From an uncultured bacterium (GTDB lineage Bacteria > Zixibacteria > MSB-5A5 > UBA10806 > 4484-95), in contig CBFDEC010000004.1 in assembly GCA_965603725.1 (NCBI GenBank), positions 39,147 to 103,146 on the forward strand: 64,000 nucleotides of DNA, in the 5' to 3' direction. The translations under genes and the position numbers were made by a program. Below, one piece after another: positions 1-8,865 of the stretch. The first letter of the stretch is position 1. Every line of letters begins with the position of its first letter. The notes under the pieces were generated by a model. The model ran no database searches, was not told where the DNA came from, and saw nothing but the letters and a program-made list of their open reading frames with translations.

Positions 1-1
1 G

Positions 2-1411
2 AAAGATATGCCGGTGGGTCAGGCATTGACTACATACACATTGTTAACAGTTGGCGATGGTCTTGTCACTCAGATACCTGCGCTGATCATCTCCACATCC
101 GCCGGCATTGTAGTCACCCGGGCGGCCTCAGAGTCAAATCTCGGAAAAGACTTGACGAGACAATTGACTTTGTATCCTCGAGCAATAATGGTTGTGGCGT
201 TCATTCTGATGTTCTTTGGTCTGATACCCGGTATGCCGACATTGCCGTTTATGTTTCTTGGCGGTATGACCGGCGTTATAGCTTATACCGCCATTCAGGC
301 AAAGAAAAAGCAGGAGCAAACTGCCGAAGCTGCAGAGGAAACTAAAGTTTTGGAACCTCCGGAAAAGATGGAGGAATATTTAAAAGTCGATGCAATGGAG
401 GTGGAAATTGGCTATGCCCTTATTCCGCTGGTCGATATTTCTCAGGGTAACGACCTTTTAGACCGCATCGGCATGATCCGTCGCCAGGTGGCGGCTGAGA
501 TGGGGTTCCTTGTTCCGCCAATTAGAATCAGGGATAATATCCAGCTTCAGCCAAATGAATACCAGATTAAAATTCGCGGTCATAAAATAACCTCAGCGGA
601 ACTTTTCCCCGGGCAATTTTTAGCTATCAATCCCGGATTTGTCACCGATCCGATTGAGGGACCCGATGTGAAAGAACCGGCTTTCGGACTGAATGCCAAA
701 TGGGTCAGTGAAAATCTGAAATCACTGGCTGAAAAGAACGGCTATACCGTTGTTGAACCGGCCGCAGTGCTGGCCACTCACCTAACCGAAATAATAAAAT
801 CACACGCCGCTGATTTTGTTACCCGTCAGGAAACGTCCAACCTTATAGAAAATGTCAAGGCGGATAATCAAGCCCTTGTGGAAGAAGTAATCCCGAATCA
901 GGTCGGGCTGAGTGTCGTTCAGAAGGTCCTGCAAAATCTGCTTGAGGAGAGAATCTCCATTAAGGATTTACCTACCATACTGGAAACTATCGGTGATTTC
1001 GCTTCTTCATCAAAAGATCCTGACATCCTGACTGAATATGTCAGGCACAGCTTAAACCGTACCATAACGGAATTATACATGAATTCAGTCGGCGGTATGA
1101 CAGTAATGACTCTTGACCCCGACCTGGAGCAAAAATTGATATCGCAGATTCAGCAGACCAAGCACGGCCTGACGCTGGTCTTGCCGCCGGATATCGCAAA
1201 ACAGGTTTACGATGTAATAAAACAGGCAAATGAAGAAATGCAGGCCCAGGGATATACTCCGATGCTCCTGGTATCGCCTAATATAAGGCTGGTGTTGAAA
1301 CGCTTAATCAAGCCTGTTGCGCCAAATATGGCGGTTATATCATATAACGAATTACTCCCGGAAATAGAAGTTGAAAGCATAAAAACTGTGAGGTTAGCAG
1401 ATGATAATTAA
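2..1411 (+). CDS. flhA: Flagellar export apparatus protein FlhA, C-terminal part. The 5' end lies upstream of the window.
   Basis: The open frame runs from the window edge. It has the FlhA cytoplasmic-domain motifs (…FLVPPIRIRDNIQLQPNEYQIKIRG…) and is followed by flhF, flhG and fliA as in canonical operons. Confidence 0.85.
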   Translation, partial: KDMPVGQALTTYTLLTVGDGLVTQIPALIISTSAGIVVTRAASESNLGKDLTRQLTLYPRAIMVVAFILMFFGLIPGMPTLPFMFLGGMTGVIAYTAIQAKKKQEQTAEAAEETKVLEPPEKMEEYLKVDAMEVEIGYALIPLVDISQGNDLLDRIGMIRRQVAAEMGFLVPPIRIRDNIQLQPNEYQIKIRGHKITSAELFPGQFLAINPGFVTDPIEGPDVKEPAFGLNAKWVSENLKSLAEKNGYTVVEPAAVLATHLTEIIKSHAADFVTRQETSNLIENVKADNQALVEEVIPNQVGLSVVQKVLQNLLEERISIKDLPTILETIGDFASSSKDPDILTEYVRHSLNRTITELYMNSVGGMTVMTLDPDLEQKLISQIQQTKHGLTLVLPPDIAKQVYDVIKQANEEMQAQGYTPMLLVSPNIRLVLKRLIKPVAPNMAVISYNELLPEIEVESIKTVRLADDN

Positions 1412-2594
1412 AAAATTTGTCGCCCCTACCATGCCTGAAGCAATATCCAAGGTTAAAAAGGAACTTGGCGATCAGGCTGTAATTCTTAAAACTCGAATGA
1501 ACAGAAAAGCGGGCGGTCAGAGTAATTTCAAAGGGGTCGAGATTACCGCCGCTATTGAATCGGATTCAAAGTCGAGATTTAAGCTTCAAACCGACGGTAA
1601 ACCTGAAACAAAAACTACCGTTGTTGAAAGTACTGTGCCAGAACAGCCGTCTGTGTACACTTCTGAAAAATTAGACAGCCTGATTGATCAGGTGGCTGAT
1701 TTGAAGAAAGCTGTCGATGAGAAATCCAACCGACAGATGCAGTCATTCTTTGGCAATCTTTCGGCAGATATGCTGGAAGCTGGAAGAGAACTCATCAGCC
1801 GGAATATCTCCGAAGAGTTGGCTTTTGCCGTTATATCACGACTGGCTCAGTCGGAAAAATCGCTGAATCTTGGCCGGGACGAGATAAACAAGCGAATTGA
1901 ACAGATATTCTGTTCGATGCTCTCTCCCGGCGAGCCAATCGATGTAAACAAAGCAGGCACAACAACAGTCATGTTTGTTGGACCGACGGGTTCGGGCAAA
2001 ACCGCGGCAATAGCCCGCGTGGCCATGCTTCATAAAATCGAGGAGGACGATAAAGTCGCAATAATAACCGCTGATAATTTCAGGGCCGATTCGAGCCAGC
2101 AAATAAAGTCATATTGCAGAATAATCGGCTGCCCATGTGGAGTCATATATACTCCTGAGGAGTTATCGATGGCCATAAGATCTCAGAAAGAGGGGTTGAT
2201 ATTAATCGATACTCCCGGCATAAGCCCCAATGATGATAAAGAAATCGGCGAAATGCAATCGCTTATCAGATCGGCAAGACCGCATGAAATCCATTTAGTC
2301 GTTCCTGCATCAACTCCGGCCAGGGATTTATCGAAGATGCTGACGGCTTTCGGTGAATTCGGCATCGATAAGATATTTTTGACAAAACTTGATGAAACCG
2401 ATGCCCCCGGTGGAGTGATAACTGCGGTTATTGATTCGGGAAAGAAACTTTCTTATGTCAGCCGCTCGCGGGAAATCCCCGGTCAATTCGGCGTAGCTGT
2501 CCCCGAATCGCTGGCAAAAGCGCTTATAGCAGAAATTGCCATTGAGGAAATCCAACCAAAATGGGAAATGGAAGCAGTGGGAATATGGCAATAG
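1401..2594 (+). CDS. flhF: Flagellar biosynthesis SRP-like GTPase FlhF
   Basis: G1 P-loop VMFVGPTGSGKT, a DTPG motif and an SRP54-type GTPase C-domain. It sits between flhA and flhG. Confidence 0.85.
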   Translation: MIIKKFVAPTMPEAISKVKKELGDQAVILKTRMNRKAGGQSNFKGVEITAAIESDSKSRFKLQTDGKPETKTTVVESTVPEQPSVYTSEKLDSLIDQVADLKKAVDEKSNRQMQSFFGNLSADMLEAGRELISRNISEELAFAVISRLAQSEKSLNLGRDEINKRIEQIFCSMLSPGEPIDVNKAGTTTVMFVGPTGSGKTAAIARVAMLHKIEEDDKVAIITADNFRADSSQQIKSYCRIIGCPCGVIYTPEELSMAIRSQKEGLILIDTPGISPNDDKEIGEMQSLIRSARPHEIHLVVPASTPARDLSKMLTAFGEFGIDKIFLTKLDETDAPGGVITAVIDSGKKLSYVSRSREIPGQFGVAVPESLAKALIAEIAIEEIQPKWEMEAVGIWQ

Positions 2595-3349
2595 AAGCGG
2601 TAACGGGTATTGCGATTCTCTCTGGAAAGGGGGGAGTCGGCAAGTCGGTAATCTCATTAAACCTTGCTCTTAGCATGGGTTCGCTCGGCGTTAGAACCTT
2701 GCTCTTTGACGCTGCCTGTGGAGACCTTATCAATCTGGCAAATTTGGGATATCCTGACGCTGGGATTGATAAATCGTGCCTGTACAATCTTACTGACAAT
2801 GTCGATTTGAATTCTCCGGCCGCCCCCGATTCTTATTCAGTGCATGATGAAAGTGATCTTGAGGATTTCCTGGCGGAAATAGCACGTTTTGCTTCAGGTT
2901 ACAGGTGTGTTATTTTTGATTGCCCATCCGGAACCGGTCCCATCGCTTATATGCTGGCGGGCCTATCTGAGATGTCGATTATTGTAAGCACTCCTGATCC
3001 GACATCAATAGCCGGCGCTTATCTACTGGCGAAGTCGCTGTATTTTGACGGGCTTGCCAGACGGTGCGGGATTCTCTTTAACCAGGTCGACTCGGCCGAC
3101 CAGGCGGCATCTCTTCAGACTAAATTCAATCTTCTAACCCGCCAGTTTTTACATCATGAATTTGAACATGTAGGACATATCCATAGCGATATCCGACTGG
3201 CAGAATCTGTCCTGGAACAGCAGCCATTGCTTTTAGAATCAACAAAGAGCGTTTCGAGCATAGATATCATTAATCTTGCCGAGAAGTTATGTCAAAACAG
3301 CGGGTTTCAATTTGAAACGGGCGATTTAAAAAGTCATTCAGGGCAATGA
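2561..3349 (+). CDS. flhG: MinD/ParA-family ATPase FlhG (FleN/YlxH), a regulator of flagellar number. An alternative start is the ATG at 2585.
   Basis: Deviant Walker A SGKGGVGKS, and a position downstream of flhF. Confidence 0.8.
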   Translation: MGNGSSGNMAIEAVTGIAILSGKGGVGKSVISLNLALSMGSLGVRTLLFDAACGDLINLANLGYPDAGIDKSCLYNLTDNVDLNSPAAPDSYSVHDESDLEDFLAEIARFASGYRCVIFDCPSGTGPIAYMLAGLSEMSIIVSTPDPTSIAGAYLLAKSLYFDGLARRCGILFNQVDSADQAASLQTKFNLLTRQFLHHEFEHVGHIHSDIRLAESVLEQQPLLLESTKSVSSIDIINLAEKLCQNSGFQFETGDLKSHSGQ

Positions 3350-3413
3350 AGTTATAAACTGAATGACGATAAAATAATGGATGATTTAATATTTAGTCCA
3401 ACAAGGAAGGTCT

Positions 3414-4172
3414 ATGGCAACACAAACTATTTGGGAAAACTATAAAAAAACGCTGGATCCCTACACCCGGGATAAATTGCTGCAGGAATATCTTCCACTG
3501 GTAAAAAATGTGGCCAGCCGTATGGCAATTGGATTTCCAAAGTCAGTGGAGTTTAACGATCTTGTGAACACGGGTGTAATAGGTCTTATCGAAGCTTTTA
3601 ATAATTTCGATCCAGCGAGAGGTGTAAAATTTGAGACTTATGCAGTACCCAGAATTCGAGGCGCAATCCTTGATGAGCTCAGAGCGCTGGACTGGGTGCC
3701 GCGTTCAACTCGAGCGAAATCGAGAGAGATCGAAAGAGCCATGACAAAGCTTGAAAACGAGTTAGGAAGATCGCCCTCGGAAAGTGAATTAGCCAAACAA
3801 ATGAAAATCTCCACCGAAGATTTGTTGTCCGCTTTAGGAGATGTATCATCAACAACCCTTCTTTCACTCGATGAATTAATCTGTCGTGAGGACGACAACC
3901 GTCAGGTTCCCCGTATTGAAACAGTCCAAAACGAAGCGGTCAATAATGTGCTTAATGACCTCGAACGTTCCGAACTAAGAGCCTTTCTTATCAATGCCAT
4001 AAGCACCCTTTCCGAACAGGAACGTTTAGTGGTTGCACTTTACTATTACGAGGAACTGACACTCAAGGAAATCGGCGAGGTAATGCTCATTTCAGAATCA
4101 AGAGTTTCCCAGATTCATACCAAGTCGGTTTTGCGATTAAGGGCGATGATAAGAGACAAGTTTGCTTTATAG
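3414..4172 (+). CDS. fliA: Flagellar sigma factor sigma-28 (FliA)
   Basis: Sigma-70 regions 2 and 4 (…ISESRVSQIHTKSVLRLR…), about 250 aa, after flhG. Confidence 0.85.
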   Translation: MATQTIWENYKKTLDPYTRDKLLQEYLPLVKNVASRMAIGFPKSVEFNDLVNTGVIGLIEAFNNFDPARGVKFETYAVPRIRGAILDELRALDWVPRSTRAKSREIERAMTKLENELGRSPSESELAKQMKISTEDLLSALGDVSSTTLLSLDELICREDDNRQVPRIETVQNEAVNNVLNDLERSELRAFLINAISTLSEQERLVVALYYYEELTLKEIGEVMLISESRVSQIHTKSVLRLRAMIRDKFAL

Positions 4173-4215
4173 GTCGAATATCAGCAGGTGAATAATCATG
4201 GCCGGAGGGTCCTTA

Positions 4216-4520
4216 TGGTAAAACCGGTCGATTTACAGGACATTCTATCCAAGACTCAATTATTGGAAAAAATTCATCAGCTTCAGAAGTCTAATCCTGA
4301 TGAAGCACAAAAGCAGTTTGCCCAGGAGTTGCAGAAAAAAGTCGCCGATGGTAGGAATAAAGTGGTCGATCTGCCGAAGTCCGACAAGATTATTATTCAC
4401 CGCGATGATACCAAGAAAAAGAATAACCGTGAAAAAAGCAAAAAGAACAAACAAAAAAAGCAAGATGAATTGACTGATGATGAGAAGAGAAAATCAAAAA
4501 ATATAGATTATCTTGCTTAA
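4216..4520 (+). CDS. Hypothetical Lys-rich protein. The ORF track starts it at 4188; the ATG at 4216 has a GGAGGG RBS.
   Basis: Open frame with an RBS. The C-terminal half is highly basic (KKKNNREKSKKNKQKK) and I recognise no domain. Confidence 0.4.
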
Positions 4521-4529
4521 GGAGGAATA

Positions 4530-4937
4530 ATGATTTTTGTAAATCCCTGGCTCATTATAGCCATGGTCGCCGTCAACCTGATCATGACTTTATTGTTGAT
4601 TATTAAAGTCAGAAAACAGGAAAGGTTTCAAACCGATGAAGCTCATGCCAACCTCGAGTTGATAAACCAATCGCTTAATCGGCTTTCTGAAATTGCCGAT
4701 AAGTTGGAAAGGAATATGAAGGATGAAGTAAGTTCTGAATATGTATCACGAATGCCTTCGGAAGAAAGTTCAAATAAAAGTAAGGAAAAACAAGCCCTGA
4801 TAATGATTCGCCGCGGAGAAAAGCCAATATCAATCAGTAGAAAACTGGGCATCTCACGTTCCGAGATTGATCTTTTAGTCGCCTCTGAAAAACTGGGCAA
4901 TAACAGCATAACCAATAAGTCGGGAGCTTACAATTGA
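4530..4937 (+). CDS. Hypothetical membrane-anchored protein. It has an N-terminal TM helix, a coiled coil and a C-terminal HTH-like segment.
   Basis: N-terminal hydrophobic helix MIFVNPWLIIAMVAVNLIMTLLLII, and a C-terminal …ISISRKLGISRSEIDLLVA… helix-turn-helix-like motif. Confidence 0.45.
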   Translation: MIFVNPWLIIAMVAVNLIMTLLLIIKVRKQERFQTDEAHANLELINQSLNRLSEIADKLERNMKDEVSSEYVSRMPSEESSNKSKEKQALIMIRRGEKPISISRKLGISRSEIDLLVASEKLGNNSITNKSGAYN

Positions 4938-4946
4938 GTTTCCGTA

Positions 4947-4973
4947 TTCAGGAAATATCGCCGATGCCGATAT
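4947..4973 (+). promoter_or_regulatory. Candidate sigma-28 (FliA) promoter upstream of the Zn-ribbon/DUF2225-like gene.
   Basis: A perfect -10 GCCGATAT (4966-4973) matching the SigD/FliA -10 consensus, but the -35 is poor (ATTCA). Confidence 0.3.
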
Positions 4974-5006
4974 TTATAGAAAAAATGTTTTTGAGGTGAA
5001 CTGATT

Positions 5007-6185
5007 ATGAGCAAGAGTCAAGAGCCATTTTATTATTCCCAGCTCGAATGTCCGATCTGTAATAACATCAATGATTATGGAAACATTCGGTCTGGCTCTT
5101 ATAGTGAAACCGGTAAGGACACCGATTTTTGTCCAACGGGACGTGTCTGGCAAAATCCTGTTTATCAGAAATATGATCCGCTTTTATTCTTTATCGCTAC
5201 CTGTAAGAAATGTTACTATTCAAAGGAGTTTGCAAGCGACTATAAAAACTGGAAGAAAGACACATCATTCAAAACCTATCGCTTGAAGCATATCCAGGAG
5301 AAACATTCAGCCGAGATTACAAAAGGCAGTGTCATTAAACTGCTGGGGTCGCATATTGACGAGCAGAAGTATCCTTTCGAGTCGGCAGCTATTAAACTTT
5401 TGCTGGCAATTCGCGACGAGCAGTTGTTGGAGCGGCCATCAAATCTTGACCAGGGAAGATTCTTTTTAAGAATTGCCTGGCTTTTCCGGGGGAATACAAG
5501 CCAATCGGGAAATGAAAATATCGGCGCTACTGGCTTGTTTGAAAAACTTCATAAATCCGTTTACAGCTCGCACAACGTATTACCCGGCTATGACGATAAG
5601 GTAAAGAACATTAAGAGCCTTGTTGAAAACGACTTTACCAGGATGTTTGAAAACGTTCCTACCGCTGATGAGTATAAAAAACGAATTGAGCAGATTATCG
5701 GCGAAATATCAACCACTCTCGATCCCCTTATGAAGGCCGGCTCCAAGCTGTTGGATGTTTTCGAGGACGCTGAAAAAGCCCTCGTAGGAGGCAAAGTCGA
5801 TGCCGGCGAAGGCTTTCATAACTATCCAAGCTTTAAAGATTTTCTGATGAAAGCAAAAAGGCTCTGGGATGAGGTGCCCCTCTCGGAAAATGGCGCTTTA
5901 ATCAAAGCGAGTGAATATTATCAAAAAGCTTATGAGACGAGCGGTCAAATCGGTCAGGGTCTTCAGCAGGTTCAGGCTGCTTATCTTATTGCAGAACTCT
6001 GTCGCCGGGTGGGGAACTATGAAAACGCCTCTCAATTTTTCAATCAAGTAATTCGCTTTGGTCGTGAAATGGTCCAGCGGAAACAGCTTGGGGCTTCAGA
6101 TATCAAATATACAAATAAACTGCTGGAAATGGCTTTGGACCAGGCACGCTTGAATTTAAAGCAATCTGAGGAAGCAGGAAAATGA
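5007..6185 (+). CDS. Zn-ribbon protein (CxxC…CxxC, N-terminal) with a helical, TPR-like C-terminal region. DUF2225-like.
   Basis: ECPICNN…CPTG…CKKCYY cysteine pairs in a 392-aa ORF inside the motility locus. Confidence 0.5.
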   Translation: MSKSQEPFYYSQLECPICNNINDYGNIRSGSYSETGKDTDFCPTGRVWQNPVYQKYDPLLFFIATCKKCYYSKEFASDYKNWKKDTSFKTYRLKHIQEKHSAEITKGSVIKLLGSHIDEQKYPFESAAIKLLLAIRDEQLLERPSNLDQGRFFLRIAWLFRGNTSQSGNENIGATGLFEKLHKSVYSSHNVLPGYDDKVKNIKSLVENDFTRMFENVPTADEYKKRIEQIIGEISTTLDPLMKAGSKLLDVFEDAEKALVGGKVDAGEGFHNYPSFKDFLMKAKRLWDEVPLSENGALIKASEYYQKAYETSGQIGQGLQQVQAAYLIAELCRRVGNYENASQFFNQVIRFGREMVQRKQLGASDIKYTNKLLEMALDQARLNLKQSEEAGK

Positions 6186-6958
6186 AAAAGATGAAGCCCG
6201 GAATAAAAAAAGACCCGGCTAAACTTGTCCAACTCTGGGAGAGACTCGAATTGAAGCTGGATCAGGATGGAAAGGTTGCCGGCTTCGTCACCCGTATTGA
6301 AGATATAGATAACGGCAGATTAACTGTCGAATGCCCGATTCGGATTTCCGGCGACCATGATCTGGCAGTCGGCCAGCATCTGGAGGTTACAGCCAACAAG
6401 CAGAATGCCTCATACATTTTTAAGGCCGTTGTTGCTGATATCGATTCGCAAAAAGAAAATTTAACTACTTTAGAGCCCATATCAGAATATAGAAAGACCC
6501 AGAGACGAAGGTTCGTTCGTATCGATATAGACGGCGATATTACGTTTAAGGCGGTTGATTCCGGTGAACAAAACAGGGGAACGTTCAGCTTTGAAAAGAA
6601 AGGTGAACTGCTCAATATTTCTGCTGGTGGTATCCTGCTGAGCACAACCGAGTCGGTAAGAGAGGACGATTTTCTGCTGATGAATTTCTGGATAAAAAAC
6701 AGCCAGCGTCTGGAAAATATACTGGGAATTGCCAAGAGGGTTGAAACCTCAATTGATTCTGAAACGCAGAAACAAGAATACTTGGTTGGAATCGAATTTT
6801 TATCAAAAGAGAAATCGGAAAAACGCTTTCACTGGAATCTTGCAGAATATTTACCTTCGGATATTAATTTTTTCAACGAGGCGCTGCAGCAGCTTGTTGT
6901 TCAATTTGTATACAAACAGCAGGTGGAACTCAGGACAAAAGCGAAAGCCAATTTATGA
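6182..6958 (+). CDS. PilZ-domain c-di-GMP-binding protein, YcgR-like flagellar brake architecture.
   Basis: RxxxR motif (QRRRFVRIDI) and D/NxSxGG motif (NISAGGILL). The N-terminal PilZN-like domain overlaps the upstream gene by 4 nt. Confidence 0.7.
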   Translation: MKKMKPGIKKDPAKLVQLWERLELKLDQDGKVAGFVTRIEDIDNGRLTVECPIRISGDHDLAVGQHLEVTANKQNASYIFKAVVADIDSQKENLTTLEPISEYRKTQRRRFVRIDIDGDITFKAVDSGEQNRGTFSFEKKGELLNISAGGILLSTTESVREDDFLLMNFWIKNSQRLENILGIAKRVETSIDSETQKQEYLVGIEFLSKEKSEKRFHWNLAEYLPSDINFFNEALQQLVVQFVYKQQVELRTKAKANL

Positions 6959-7545
6959 GAATAATATTTGGGTCTCTTTTATTAGTATTGTTTACTAATC
7001 CTTTTTCCGCATTATGCCAAACAATTCCCTCGAATGTAGATATTGTAGCGTGTTTTGATCTAAAAGAAGATCAAAATAATTTAATAGACAGAATCAGCCC
7101 GCAGTTTGTAAGAGAACTTGAGCTTAAATCCAAAGATCGTCGGGTTAGTATACATATTTATGACGGTTCTCGTGAAGATTTCGACTTTTGGCTTGATTCT
7201 TTAAGCAGTCGATTCTATACAATAATTGAAGTTTCACCGGGCAGTTGGGTGGTCAACCGTTTATTTAATATCCCATTTGTATTCAATGTATATCAAAATA
7301 AATTTAAATTGGAGGCGTTTGTCAAATTATATCGTCGCGGCATAAAAATTCCAATTTTATTAGATAGATTTAAGATCAAAGTAAATGGGTCCAGAGCATA
7401 CCAGCTGTTAAGAAATGATCCTCATGATGGAAGCCTGGTCGTTTCAAACAGTAAACGAATCTTGTATGAAGAAAAAGCCGAAAAGGAATTAGTTCAGCGG
7501 GTATCAAAAAAAGTATATAACTCAATGAAGGAGTATGGAGGATAA
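6955..7545 (+). CDS. Hypothetical secreted protein
   Basis: N-terminal signal peptide (LLLVLFTNPFSALCQ) and no recognisable domain. Its C-terminal codons encode the RBS of the next gene. Confidence 0.45.
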   Translation: MRIIFGSLLLVLFTNPFSALCQTIPSNVDIVACFDLKEDQNNLIDRISPQFVRELELKSKDRRVSIHIYDGSREDFDFWLDSLSSRFYTIIEVSPGSWVVNRLFNIPFVFNVYQNKFKLEAFVKLYRRGIKIPILLDRFKIKVNGSRAYQLLRNDPHDGSLVVSNSKRILYEEKAEKELVQRVSKKVYNSMKEYGG

Positions 7546-7550
7546 CGCTG

Positions 7551-7973
7551 ATGTATAAAAAAGCGCAGTATTCCAGGCTTGAACCGCCAAAGAAAGTATT
7601 GATTGTGGATGATGAAAAGTTGTCGCGTGACGTTATTTCAAAGACTCTGCACCGCTATCTTGGCTGTGAAGTTTATACGGCATCAAATGGCGATGACGCA
7701 TTCAGTTTTTTGCGTTCGAATGATTTTGATTTAATGATTGCAGATCTGGTTATGCCGGGAATTCCAGGATTAGAATTGATCAGAAGAGTCCGTTTTACAA
7801 ATCCCGATTTATTTGTGATTGTTGTTACCGGCAATGCCAATGACAACGATATTGTAGAGATAAAAAAAATGGGTATTAGCCAAATAGTATATAAGCCCTT
7901 TAAAATCACTTCATTTCTGGAGATGGTGGCGGATGCCCTGATAGAAAAAGAGCGTCAGAACAGTTTTGCATAA
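7551..7973 (+). CDS. Single-domain response regulator (CheY-like receiver)
   Basis: VLIVDDE…DLMIADLVMPGIPGLEL… receiver motifs, and no output domain. Confidence 0.8.
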   Translation: MYKKAQYSRLEPPKKVLIVDDEKLSRDVISKTLHRYLGCEVYTASNGDDAFSFLRSNDFDLMIADLVMPGIPGLELIRRVRFTNPDLFVIVVTGNANDNDIVEIKKMGISQIVYKPFKITSFLEMVADALIEKERQNSFA

Positions 7974-7995
7974 AATATCAATAAAGGAGGGTTAA

Positions 7996-8865
7996 GTGCC
8001 CCGTAGAAAGAAAGTTGATACTTCAAGTCATCTTGAAAAAGAATTAGCTTTGCTTTATGAAATAAGTACTTTAGTTCAGCTTTCGCCGTCAAATAAAGAG
8101 ACTTTCGAAAAGGTCCTGCACTTAATCGGCAAGGTTATCGATTTCAGGTCCGCTTCGTTATTTTTAGTTTCCCTGGAAACCGGAAAACTTCATGAAGTTG
8201 CCAAGGTGGGCCGGAGTGTGGAACTTATCGGCTTTGTCGAGTTTGATATGGGGATGGGTTTTTCAGCCTGGGTCGCCAAAGAAAAAAGACCGATTGTCCT
8301 TAATAACCTTCGAAAGGATCACAATGGCAACCACATAAGATCGTTTATGTCTGTGCCTATGATTTTTAAAGATGAATTAATCGGCGTTATAAATTTTGCT
8401 AATGACCAGCCCGGCGCTTTTTCCGAGAGGGATATGCAGATAGTTGGAATTATCGCCGCCGAAACAGCGGTTACTATTGAAAGAATGATTTATGAATACC
8501 GACTCGAGAAGAAAAATGATGAACTTGTTGAAATCAACAGGAAACTAAAGAGGGCTCAGTATAAGCTGATAGAGCTTGAGAAAAAACAAACCGCGACCGA
8601 AATGGCAGCAACGCTAAATCATGAGATCAACAATCCTTTGGCAATAATTGCCGGTAACGCCCAATTTCTTTTGATGACGATGAAAAATTCCAGCCCGGCA
8701 ATAATAAAGAGGTTAAAGGCTATCGATAAGGAAGCATCGGCAATTGCTAATATTACAGAAAAGTTCAGGCAGCTGGATTCATTAATTGTCGAGGATTATG
8801 TTAATGGAGATTCCAGCAAAATTATTAACCTTGAAAAATCAGTAAAGGCTGAAAAAGTGTGTTAG
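7996..8865 (+). CDS. GAF-domain sensor with a HisKA phosphoacceptor domain but no ATPase (CA) domain. GTG start.
   Basis: GAF-like N-terminus and an H-box …ATLNHEINNPLAII…. The ORF ends just after the dimerisation helices and overlaps the next gene by 7 nt. Confidence 0.65.
   Translation: MPRRKKVDTSSHLEKELALLYEISTLVQLSPSNKETFEKVLHLIGKVIDFRSASLFLVSLETGKLHEVAKVGRSVELIGFVEFDMGMGFSAWVAKEKRPIVLNNLRKDHNGNHIRSFMSVPMIFKDELIGVINFANDQPGAFSERDMQIVGIIAAETAVTIERMIYEYRLEKKNDELVEINRKLKRAQYKLIELEKKQTATEMAATLNHEINNPLAIIAGNAQFLLMTMKNSSPAIIKRLKAIDKEASAIANITEKFRQLDSLIVEDYVNGDSSKIINLEKSVKAEKVC

Noticed and set aside
3350-3413. Possible sigma-28 -10 (ACGATAAAA) upstream of fliA.
   Set aside because: No TAAA-like -35 lies at an appropriate spacing, and the match is too weak to call.
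5071-5286. 71-aa plus-strand ORF inside the DUF2225-like gene in another frame.
   Set aside because: It is embedded in a longer motif-bearing ORF and has no RBS.
6262-6735. 157-aa minus-strand ORF, and many other 60-140-aa minus-strand ORFs in the track (e.g. 35587-35973, 52209-52631, 58018-58422, 60590-60979, 40208-40555).
   Set aside because: Each is fully embedded antisense within a well-supported plus-strand gene (PilZ, flaG, folD/xseA, serpin 2, surE, HDOD). They have no RBS and no recognisable motifs, and are typical shadow ORFs.
7530-7548. Two unrelated proteins (6955-7545 and 10925-11302) both end in …(E/N)YGG just before a receiver gene.
   Set aside because: The YGG codons (tat/tac gga ggn) simply encode the GGAGG Shine-Dalgarno of the downstream translationally coupled gene. 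This is a coding consequence of the overlap, not a shared peptide motif.
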